A stretch of 64,000 nt of DNA from a bacterium (GTDB lineage: Bacteria > UBA8248). The position numbers were made by a program, and so were the translations under genes. Within the stretch, counting starts at the first letter, position 1. Each line of letters starts with the position of its first letter. This document shows, piece by piece, positions 56,370 to 64,000 of this stretch. The stretch is taken from positions 896,001 through 960,000 of the forward strand of contig OZ241875.1 of NCBI GenBank assembly GCA_965203325.1. The letters run 5' to 3'. A model generated the notes under the pieces. That model did no database searches and was not told where the DNA came from. It was given only the letters and a program-made list of their open reading frames with translations.

Positions 56370-58097
56370 ATGATTATCGAACGTGATCTGCCCGTCGAGA
56401 TGGATGACGGGGTGGTGCTGCGGGTCGACGTATTCCGGCCCGACACCAAGGCGAAGGTGCCCGTCGTGATGGCCGGCGGCCCCTACGGGAAGGGCGTCAA
56501 GTACCAGGAACACTACAAGCCGCTCTGGGACTCGCTGGTGAAGATGCACCCCGACATCCTGGAAGGCTCCCAGCACCGCTGGCTCACCTGGGAGACGGTG
56601 GACCCCGAGATATGGGTGCCCTGGGGCTACGCCTGCGTGCGGCTCGATTCGCGCGGCGCCGGCCGCTCGCCCGGCTATCTGGATATCTTCTCCCCGCGCG
56701 AGACCAAGGACTTCGCCAACGCCATCGAATGGGCGGGGCAGCAGAAGTGGTCGAACGGCAAGGTGGGTCTCAACGGCGTCTCCTACTACGCCATCAACCA
56801 GTGGCAGGTTGCCGAATTACAGCCCAAGCACTTAACAGCCATGATCCCCTGGGAGGGCGCCGCCGACCACTACCGCGACTGGGCGCGCCACGGGGGCATT
56901 CTTTCGAACAAGTTCATGGAAATCTGGTATCCGCGCCAGGTCGAGGCGGTGCAGCACGGAAACCCCAAGGGCCCGCGCGACCACTGGATGGAGACGCGCT
57001 CGACGGGCCCCGCAACGCTTCCCAAGGAAGAACTCAAGGACAACCGCGCCGATACGCTCGCGAACTTCCTCGCGCGCGAGATGGACGACGACTGGTACCG
57101 CTCCCGCTCGCCCGACTGGTCGAAGGTGAAGGTGCCCTTCCTGAGCGCGGGGAGCTGGGCGGGCTTCGGCCTCCACCCGCGCGGGAACTTCGAGGCCTAC
57201 ACCCAGGCGGCCTCGGAAGAAAAATGGCTCGAAGGCCATCCGGGCAGGCACGAGGAGTGGTTCTATCTCGAATACGGCATGGAGCTCCAGAAGCGCTTCT
57301 TCGATTATTATCTCAAGGGCGAGCAGAACGGCTGGGAGAAAGAACCCCGGGTGTGGCTGAACATCCGCCGTCCGTTCACCGACGAGGTGGAACTGCGCAA
57401 GGAGCACGAGTGGCCGCTCAAGGGCACGAAGTGGACGAAGCTCTACCTCCACGCGGGCGGCAAGGGCAAGCTCGACTTTAACTCGCCCAAGGCGAAACGC
57501 TCGAAGACCTTCCGGGCGCTCACGCGCGGCATCACGCTCAGGACGGCACCGCTCAAGGAGGAGACCGAGATCACCGGCCCGATGTCGGCCAAGCTCTTCA
57601 TCTCCTCCTCCACGGTGGATGCGGACCTGTTCGTCACCGTCCAGGCGTTCTCGCCCAAAAACCGCGAAGTCTACTTCCAGGGCACGGTCGACCCCAAGAC
57701 GCCGCTCGCCCAGGGCTGGCTGCGCGCCTCGCACCGGAAGCTGGACGAGGAGCTGTCCGAACCCTGGCGGCCCTACCATACGCACGACGACAAGATGCCG
57801 CTCACGCCGGAGCGAATCTACGAGCTCGACGTGGAAATCTGGCCCCAGTGCATCGTGCTGCCGAAAGGCTTTCAGCTCTCCATCAACATCGCAGGCCAGG
57901 ACTTCGACCGCCCCGGCCCCGCGGTGCAGGCCTACGTGCCCTCGCGCGGCTCGGGACCGTTCCTGCACGATCACCCTGTCGACCGCTGCAAGGAAGTCTT
58001 CGGCGGGCGCACCACGCTGCATTCGGGACCGAACCACCAGTCCTACCTGCTCGTGCCGATCATCCCGAAACGCCGGCCCGGCGCGGTGGCGAGGTAA
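56370..58097 (+). CDS. CocE/NonD family hydrolase
   Basis: RBS aggagg; M.DGV.L..DVFRP, PYGK, DSRG.G.S.G, WSNGKVG..GVSY, C-terminal jelly-roll EITGP. Confidence 0.9.
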   Translation: MIIERDLPVEMDDGVVLRVDVFRPDTKAKVPVVMAGGPYGKGVKYQEHYKPLWDSLVKMHPDILEGSQHRWLTWETVDPEIWVPWGYACVRLDSRGAGRSPGYLDIFSPRETKDFANAIEWAGQQKWSNGKVGLNGVSYYAINQWQVAELQPKHLTAMIPWEGAADHYRDWARHGGILSNKFMEIWYPRQVEAVQHGNPKGPRDHWMETRSTGPATLPKEELKDNRADTLANFLAREMDDDWYRSRSPDWSKVKVPFLSAGSWAGFGLHPRGNFEAYTQAASEEKWLEGHPGRHEEWFYLEYGMELQKRFFDYYLKGEQNGWEKEPRVWLNIRRPFTDEVELRKEHEWPLKGTKWTKLYLHAGGKGKLDFNSPKAKRSKTFRALTRGITLRTAPLKEETEITGPMSAKLFISSSTVDADLFVTVQAFSPKNREVYFQGTVDPKTPLAQGWLRASHRKLDEELSEPWRPYHTHDDKMPLTPERIYELDVEIWPQCIVLPKGFQLSINIAGQDFDRPGPAVQAYVPSRGSGPFLHDHPVDRCKEVFGGRTTLHSGPNHQSYLLVPIIPKRRPGAVAR

Positions 58098-58145
58098 GAG
58101 TAAAGCGGCTCGGGCGCACCCAAGCCGTCAGGATGAAACACAAAG

Positions 58146-58180
58146 ACCGGGGGTGGGGAGAGATTCCTCACCCCCGGTTT
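58146..58180 (+). terminator. terminator-like hairpin after the CocE gene
   Basis: accgggggtgggga...tcctcacccccggt followed by ttt. Confidence 0.55.
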
Positions 58181-58226
58181 GTGAAGGGCTCAGGAGCGCC
58201 CTTCAACAACTCCTCTGAGGGCCCGT

Positions 58227-58339
58227 TTGACACTGAAAATATGACGGCTTATGTTTGTCTTGAGGCGTAATCCTGGATGACAAGACAGGGTTACCCATCA
58301 TTCCGAGACCCACGCTCCGGCGTGGGTTTTCGCGTTTTT
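58227..58339 (+). ncRNA. candidate orphan sRNA with sigma70 promoter and intrinsic terminator
   Basis: TTGACA-17-TATGTT (58227-58255), hairpin gtaatcctg/cagggttac, then gacccacgc-tccg-gcgtgggtt-ttcgcgttttt. Confidence 0.4.
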
Positions 58340-58368
58340 GGGTTCATGGGTGGAACCCGGAACTGACA

Positions 58369-58910
58369 GGGGCTGTTGAATAACCCGGTGTACGGCCCTC
58401 ACGGAGAGCGCTCCCCACGGAGGATAATTCCCAAAGTATTCACTCCCCCCTTGAGGGGGAGTCGATGAGGTGAGGGTGTAAACCCGAAACCGAATCGGTG
58501 GGGGGAGTTTTTTCCTGTGGCATGTCCCCCCACCACATCGGCCTTCGCACAAACCGCTCGGCCTCTGTCGGGCTTCCCGAGGGGAAAGCCCGACCCCCTC
58601 AAGGGGGGAGTAGATTCTTTCACTTTGGCAGGAGGTGAGAAATCCCTCCTCGCCTTGAAAACCAACCCCCCCTACCCCCCCTTGTCAGGGGGGCAAGAAA
58701 AAACAAAAGCCCTTCTACCGACGGCGGGGGTCGCCTTTTTATACCCCCCTGTCAAGGGGGGGGTAGGGGGGGTTGCCTTTCATGCAGGTGAGAGAGCAAT
58801 CAAACCGACCGAGGAGGCGCCGCCCCGTAGGGACATCGCGACCTGTCCCTACAAGAAGCGATGTGGCTTTGTTCGTCATTCCGAGCGACGAGGGCTTTTT
58901 CAACAGCCCC
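58369..58910. mobile_element. MITE-like shell with type-3 (58442-58611), type-2 (58663-58775) and GTAG (58827-58852) modules
   Basis: Ends ggggctgttgaataac / ctttttcaacagcccc. Confidence 0.75.
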
Positions 58911-58973
58911 TGATGGACCGGTCGAGAATATAGGAACCCGGCGAAGTCACCTGCCTGCAACTCGCCTTATATC

Positions 58974-59049
58974 TGGTGGGCGGGAGAGGGTTCGAACCTC
59001 CGGCCTACGCCTTGTAAGGGCGCCGCTCTGCCAGCTGAGCTACCCGCCC
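58974..59049 (-). tRNA. tRNA-Val (TAC)
   Basis: gggcgggtagctcagctggcagagcggcgccct-tac-aaggcgtaggccggaggttcgaaccctctcccgcccacca: 76 nt, cloverleaf, encoded CCA. Confidence 0.95.
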
Positions 59050-59147
59050 AAGGGGGTGTTGGTTCAGAAACGGCGCGTGGAGAATAGCATCTTGCGTGTC
59101 CGGCGACCAACCCTCGGAGCCGATGCGAATCGGGTTTTGGAACGCGG

Positions 59148-60269
59148 CTAAACCTGGAGTTCTCCGTCCTTGGAGAAGAGCTTTCCGTCCACGTAGACCT
59201 CGCCGCCGTCCCTCAAATCGCACACCATGTCCCAGTGGAGAGCGGAGTTGTTCTTCGACCCACTCTGGGGATAACCCTTGCCGAGCGCCAAGTGCAGCGT
59301 GCCGCCGATCTTCTCGTCGAACAACGTGTTCTTGGTGAAGCGCTGGATGCCGGCGTTCAGGCCGAAGGCGAACTCCCCCACCCGCTTCGCGCCGTCGTCC
59401 ATGCCGATCATCGATTTCAGGAACGCCTCGTTCTTTTCCGCCGACGCCTTGACGACTTCCCCTTTCTCGAACTCGAGCGCCACGCCCTCCACCTCGCGCC
59501 CCGAGATGCAGGCGGGGAAGGAATAGCGGATTTTTCCGTCGATCCTGTTCTCTTGCGGACCGGTGAAGACTTCCCCGTCCGGGAAATTGTTGTGCCCCGA
59601 GCAGTTCATGAACGGACGCCCCGCGATGCCGACCCTAAGGTCGGTGCCCGGCGCCCCGATTTCCACGACTTTACGGCCCTTGAGATAACGGATGACGCGC
59701 GCCTGGTGCCCCTCCTGCGCCCGCCAGCGCCTGATGCCGCCCGCTTCATTCGCGAAACACGCGCTGAATACGAAATCCTCGTATTCGCGGATGCCCATTT
59801 CGGCATCCTGGGCGTAGGCCTCGGTGGGGAACAGGGTGAGCGTCCACCGTAAGCCCCCCTTCCCCTTCTTCTCGTGCTCTGCGGCGCGCTTCATGAACGT
59901 CTCCATGACGGGCTGTCTGGCTTTGGAGGCGAGCGCCTGTTTCTTGGGGTCCGCACCCGAGAGCCGCCGGGTGTTCGTCTCGGAGAGTATGGAGATGACG
60001 ACGTCCAGGTTTTCGATCTCGAATTTCCGCACGGGCGAGAGGAACTCCAGCTGTCTGCGGGTGGCGCGCTCGTAGAAAATCTCTTCCAGCCCCGGCAGCG
60101 ACACCTCGGCGGAGACGTAAGCGCCGCGCCGGACGCACTCGGCGTAGAGCGCGCGAATCAGCGGAGCGGCGGCCGTGCTGCCCCGGATGCCGACGAGATC
60201 GCCCCGCTTTATTTTTGAGGAATACCCCGTGATGATCTCCGCCATCCGCTCCACGCGCACATCTTCCAT
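59148..60269 (-). CDS. aminopeptidase, M29 family (AmpS/AmpT)
   Basis: A.AQDA.M, N.PDGEVFT.P, GEFAFG.N, LFDEKIGGT.HLALG, S.LHWDM. Confidence 0.9.
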   Translation of the reverse strand: MEDVRVERMAEIITGYSSKIKRGDLVGIRGSTAAAPLIRALYAECVRRGAYVSAEVSLPGLEEIFYERATRRQLEFLSPVRKFEIENLDVVISILSETNTRRLSGADPKKQALASKARQPVMETFMKRAAEHEKKGKGGLRWTLTLFPTEAYAQDAEMGIREYEDFVFSACFANEAGGIRRWRAQEGHQARVIRYLKGRKVVEIGAPGTDLRVGIAGRPFMNCSGHNNFPDGEVFTGPQENRIDGKIRYSFPACISGREVEGVALEFEKGEVVKASAEKNEAFLKSMIGMDDGAKRVGEFAFGLNAGIQRFTKNTLFDEKIGGTLHLALGKGYPQSGSKNNSALHWDMVCDLRDGGEVYVDGKLFSKDGELQV

Positions 60270-60328
60270 CGCTTTCTCTCCCGTAATGATTTGTTCCGGT
60301 AACGCTGTAGACGGCCTTACCCAACCCA

Positions 60329-60580
60329 CGGCCCGCCATGAACGACGCGGGGAGCCGCGATACCTTGGGCCATCATACAACAAAACGGCGGCTCCGACCC
60401 GCCCCGGCCTCGATCTCCCGCCACCGACGGACGATTCCACCTCCGCCATGCACAAAGGCTGCGCCGCATTGCTTCGCCTTGAACCCGCCGGGATGGCGGA
60501 TGATCCTGCTTGCGCCCGCCGCCACTTGGCCGTCTTACGCGGCGGAGGAACTTACCTTTCAACCACATCCATGCGGGCCG
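60329..60580 (-). ncRNA. candidate ~250-nt structured RNA
   Basis: Closing stem cggcccgccatg/catgcgggccg plus internal stems cctccgcc/ggcggagg and ggagccgc/gcggctcc; strand is tentative. Confidence 0.4.
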
Positions 60581-60590
60581 TTAGAAATTA

Positions 60591-60619
60591 TTGACAATTC
60601 GACCCTTCGAACCTATTTT
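60591..60619 (+). promoter_or_regulatory. putative sigma70 promoter of the cytochrome c-molybdoenzyme operon
   Basis: TTGACA-17 nt-TATTTT in an AT-rich patch upstream of 60755. Confidence 0.45.
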
Positions 60620-60754
60620 TAATTATATAGGCGTGAGTTAAGCGCACCACCTGACACACGAGTTCGACCCCCGTTCGGGGGATAAGAGAAAGGAGTTCCA
60701 GCAAGGCTCGGCCCACCAACATAGGAGCTAAGACTGTCCGGGAGGAGAACAATT

Positions 60755-61495
60755 ATGAAACAGTGGCACTCATTCCCCGTTCTCGTCGGTTTTCTCTTCT
60801 CTTTCTTGTTGACAGCCACGCTCCTTTTCCCCACCGGAACCAACGCTTTCGATCGCGATTCCAAATGGGATTCCGTCTATTCGAAGGGCAGCCGGCTCTA
60901 CCTGATTCACTGCGCGGCCTGCCACGGGAAGAACGGCAAAGGAGGCGTGGGTCTCCCCCTGAACCTGCAAAGCTTCCTGTCCGTCGCCCCCGAAGGCTAC
61001 ATCCGCCGCTCCATCTTCTACGGGCGGCTGCCGCGCCAGATGATCCCGTACGGGACTTTCCTGAAAAAAGAAGACATCGAAGCCATCGCGACCTATGTGC
61101 GAAGCTGGCAACTCCGCGACTACGTGGGGATCGATCAAAAGCGCGTGGCGGGGTCCATATCCCGCGGAAAGGAGTTCTTCGACGGGATGTGCTCCGGCTG
61201 TCATGGGCGGGACGGCCTCGGCGGCCCCCAGGTGGGTGGAGGCCACGTGACAAACGCCATGGCGGGCTACGCCGGACCCGCCCTGAACAACCAGGGTTTT
61301 CTCAAATCCGCCACCGACGGCTACATCAAGGCGACGATGATGCAGGGCCGGGTCGGTACGCCGATGGGCGCCTATCTCAAGGGAAAGCAGGGCATGGTGG
61401 AGCTGACCGAGGAGGAGATTAACGACATCGTCGCCTACATCCGCACCTGGGAAAAACGCGATTCGGGACCCGTAGACCCCTGGAGGGACAAGTGA
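60755..61495 (+). CDS. diheme class I cytochrome c (c4/CcoP-like)
   Basis: RBS ggagga, signal/TM segment, CAACH and CSGCH, distal Met in QMIPY and TPM. Confidence 0.9.
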   Translation: MKQWHSFPVLVGFLFSFLLTATLLFPTGTNAFDRDSKWDSVYSKGSRLYLIHCAACHGKNGKGGVGLPLNLQSFLSVAPEGYIRRSIFYGRLPRQMIPYGTFLKKEDIEAIATYVRSWQLRDYVGIDQKRVAGSISRGKEFFDGMCSGCHGRDGLGGPQVGGGHVTNAMAGYAGPALNNQGFLKSATDGYIKATMMQGRVGTPMGAYLKGKQGMVELTEEEINDIVAYIRTWEKRDSGPVDPWRDK

Positions 61496-64000
61496 TGCCG
61501 AAATTCAATCGCCGTGCGTTTCTGCAGTCGTCCACCGCGCTCGCCACCGGGCTCGCCATGGGCGGGGCCCTGACCCGCGACAAGGAGCTGTTCCAGCTCG
61601 TCGGAGAGGCGGAAGGCGCCCAGGACACGCGGAAGCTGGTGCCCACGCAATGCCCCTACTGCGGCGTGGGTTGCCACACCTACTACGTCGTCGAGAATGA
61701 AAAGATCGTGGCGTGCATCCCGGACAAGGACTCCCCCGTCAACCTGGGTCTGCAGTGCATCAAGGGTCTCACGGCCGCGGAGTCCCTCTACGTCGACCGG
61801 CTGGAGGAGGTCCTGATCCGCAAGGACATGTCCAACCCGCTGACCGGCCACGTCTCGAAGACGAAAGGGCGCTTCGATGACGACGTCTTCCGGGTCGGCA
61901 CGTGGGAAGAAGGTATGGACATCGTCTCGAACATGGTCGTCGGGGTCGTGAAGAAGCATGGGGGAAACTCCGTGGGGATCTACCAGTCCGGCCAGTTGAC
62001 CATGGAGGAGCAATGGCTGGACAACATCTTCTACAAGGGCGTCCTCCAGTCGAACAGCATCGAGGCCAACGCCCGGATGTGCATGACCTCGGCCGTGACG
62101 GGCTACATCCACAGCCTCGGGAGCGACCACCCGCCGGGGAACTATTCCGACATCGAAGACGCCGACTTCATCAATCACTGGGGCCATAACGCGCGCGGCT
62201 CGCACCCCGTGCTGTTCTGGCGCGTGGCCGCCACCAAGGAGAAACGCAACATCCCGACCATGGTGGTCGACCCGCGCTACACCGGCACCATGGACGGCTA
62301 CGCGCAGATCAACCCCAACAACAGCCTCTCGATCACCATCCGCCCCAACGGCGATCTTTCTCTTCAGAACGCCATCGCCCACGTCCTGATGAAGGAGTTC
62401 CCCCAGGCCGTGGACGAGGCCTTCATCCGGCAGCACACGGACGGGTTCGACGATTACCGCGAAGGCATCATGGCCCGGTACAGCCCGGAGCAGGTCATCG
62501 ACCGGACGGGGATCGCCCCCTCCGTGGTCCGGCGGATAGCCTCGATCTGGGCGGACGCCACCCTGAAAGGGAAGCGGCGCAAGAAAGGCGGCGTCCTCTC
62601 TTTCTGGGGGATCGGGTACAACCAGTCGCTCCACGGACAGCACCGCAACATCAACATCATCAACCTCCACCTGCTGACCGGGAACATCGGCCGGCCGGGC
62701 GCGGGGCCCTTCTCCATGACGGGCCAGCCCAACGCCATGAGCGAACGCCTGATGGGCGGCCTGACCGGGCGGCTTCCGTTCAACGAGGGCATCAAGAACG
62801 CCGCGCATCGCAAGAAGATCAACGAGGCCTGGGGCCTCCCGCCGGGACGGCTCGACGTCACCGCCGCCGCCCCGAACAAGGGCATGACCATCGGCATGTT
62901 CGAGCGCGCCATGAAGGGCGACATCAAGATCATGCAGTTCGCCTACGCCACCCACGTGGACCTGCCGGAGGTGGACACCCTCATCCGGCCCGCCATCACC
63001 AAGACGTTCACCTACATGGTGGAGGCCTACCGGCACGCCCCGAACCTGCTCTACGGCGACGTCATCTTCCCCGCCGCCACCCACGGGGAGAAATGGGGCG
63101 TGTACCAGAACAGCGAGCGGAAGATGTACGTCACCGACAAGGCCATGGAGCCGCCCAAAAACTGCAGGCCCGATCTGGACGTCATCATCGACGAGGGCAA
63201 GTCCATCGCCAAAAAGCTCGACCTGGACGCGGAGAAGATATTCCCCTACGAGAGGAAAGCGGACGGCTACTATGACCCGGAGGAGGTCTACCGGGACATC
63301 ATACGGGCGAGCAAGGGATCGGATGCGGATTTGACGGGAATGCTGGAGGTGGAGAAGCGGGACAAGCTCTCTCCCTACGAGCAGCTTCGGAAGCGCAAGG
63401 GGATCTTCTATCCCGCCCCCACGTACGAGATCGCCAAAGGGGGAGGCATCGCGCGCAAGTACATGGCGCAGGAGAAGGGCTGGAAGGACAAGCCCTACAG
63501 CGCCTTCCGCCGCAAGGACGGCAAGGCGAAGTTCAAGCTCACCGAGCAGGACTATTCGCGCGCCAAGGAGCTGACGGACATCTTCGCGAAAGCGGGCAAG
63601 GACCCGGATTTCTACGCCGTGGACCATTACGACGTGCTTATCCAGATGCGCGACGACGGGTTGACGCCGGAACTGCCGGATTTCGACTACTACGGAAAGA
63701 CCATGGCGGAGATCAAGAAGGCAGACAAGTACCCGTTCTGGCTGAACCTGGGGGTCGTCTTCGAGCACTTCCACACCACCAAGACGATCCGGGCGGCCAC
63801 CACCCGCCGGCTGGTGCCGGAACAGTATCTCGAAATGAATCCCCGCGACGCCCGGAAACTGGGAATCGAGGACGGGGAATGGGTCCGGGTCGTGACCCCT
63901 CGGGGCAGCTACGAGGCGCGGGCCAGCATCGGCACGAAGAGCAAGGTCAAGCCCGCGCGCAACAAGGTCATGCCGGGGCAGGTGTTCTCCCCGTGGAACC
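61495..64000 (+). CDS. Tat-exported molybdopterin oxidoreductase of the NapA/NarB nitrate reductase clade (partial, runs off the window)
   Basis: TGATG coupling to the cytochrome; MPKFNRRAFLQ Tat motif; CPYCGVGC...NLGLQCIKG Fe-S motif; SGQ, NARMCMTSA, TGQPNAM, EHFHT. Absent from the ORF track, consistent with no stop inside the window. Confidence 0.85.
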   Translation, partial: MPKFNRRAFLQSSTALATGLAMGGALTRDKELFQLVGEAEGAQDTRKLVPTQCPYCGVGCHTYYVVENEKIVACIPDKDSPVNLGLQCIKGLTAAESLYVDRLEEVLIRKDMSNPLTGHVSKTKGRFDDDVFRVGTWEEGMDIVSNMVVGVVKKHGGNSVGIYQSGQLTMEEQWLDNIFYKGVLQSNSIEANARMCMTSAVTGYIHSLGSDHPPGNYSDIEDADFINHWGHNARGSHPVLFWRVAATKEKRNIPTMVVDPRYTGTMDGYAQINPNNSLSITIRPNGDLSLQNAIAHVLMKEFPQAVDEAFIRQHTDGFDDYREGIMARYSPEQVIDRTGIAPSVVRRIASIWADATLKGKRRKKGGVLSFWGIGYNQSLHGQHRNINIINLHLLTGNIGRPGAGPFSMTGQPNAMSERLMGGLTGRLPFNEGIKNAAHRKKINEAWGLPPGRLDVTAAAPNKGMTIGMFERAMKGDIKIMQFAYATHVDLPEVDTLIRPAITKTFTYMVEAYRHAPNLLYGDVIFPAATHGEKWGVYQNSERKMYVTDKAMEPPKNCRPDLDVIIDEGKSIAKKLDLDAEKIFPYERKADGYYDPEEVYRDIIRASKGSDADLTGMLEVEKRDKLSPYEQLRKRKGIFYPAPTYEIAKGGGIARKYMAQEKGWKDKPYSAFRRKDGKAKFKLTEQDYSRAKELTDIFAKAGKDPDFYAVDHYDVLIQMRDDGLTPELPDFDYYGKTMAEIKKADKYPFWLNLGVVFEHFHTTKTIRAATTRRLVPEQYLEMNPRDARKLGIEDGEWVRVVTPRGSYEARASIGTKSKVKPARNKVMPGQVFSPWN

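Noticed and set aside
58900..58974. Integrative element at the 3' end of tRNA-Val
   Set aside because: No integrase, and I found no duplicated tRNA 3' end in the window.
60620..60754. Moco riboswitch upstream of the molybdoenzyme operon
   Set aside because: Small hairpins exist, but I cannot match the Moco RNA consensus by eye; needs cmscan.
61435..63774. 779-aa minus-strand ORF
   Set aside because: Antisense shadow of the molybdoenzyme gene on the plus strand, which carries all the recognisable motifs.

Overview
GC-rich bacterial chromosomal segment with about 55 protein genes, mostly transport and small-molecule catabolism: a PgtC/Fe(III)-type ABC transporter, two ThDP enzymes, a SucCD-like ligase, hydantoinase A/B, an amidase, an LLM monooxygenase, an acyl-CoA dehydrogenase, a CocE hydrolase and two PPOX-fold proteins. 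It also has a two-component system, tRNA-Val(TAC), five toxin-antitoxin loci (one decayed), an intact IS1182-family element and, at the right edge, a diheme cytochrome c followed by a Tat-exported, divergent NapA/NarB-clade molybdoenzyme. The main observations follow. (1) A rhodanese whose catalytic Cys codon is an in-frame TGA followed by a SECIS-like hairpin, so probably a selenoprotein that the ORF track truncates. (2) A nested intergenic repeat system: eight MITE-like shells bounded by the IS1182 terminal sequence, each filled with a different mix of REP/REPIN-like hairpin modules, one of which carries a conserved cloverleaf-like core; one shell contains the IS itself. (3) A secreted SoxA/TsdA-like cytochrome with 11 Asn-Pro-Cys repeats, next to a diheme cytochrome. 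(4) A hicAB cassette between 220-bp diverged direct repeats of a gene's upstream region and 5' end. (5) Three candidate orphan ncRNAs, and a porin frameshifted at a G6 tract. No CRISPR array, rRNA or integrase is visible. All product calls come from motif recognition by eye; no database search was run.
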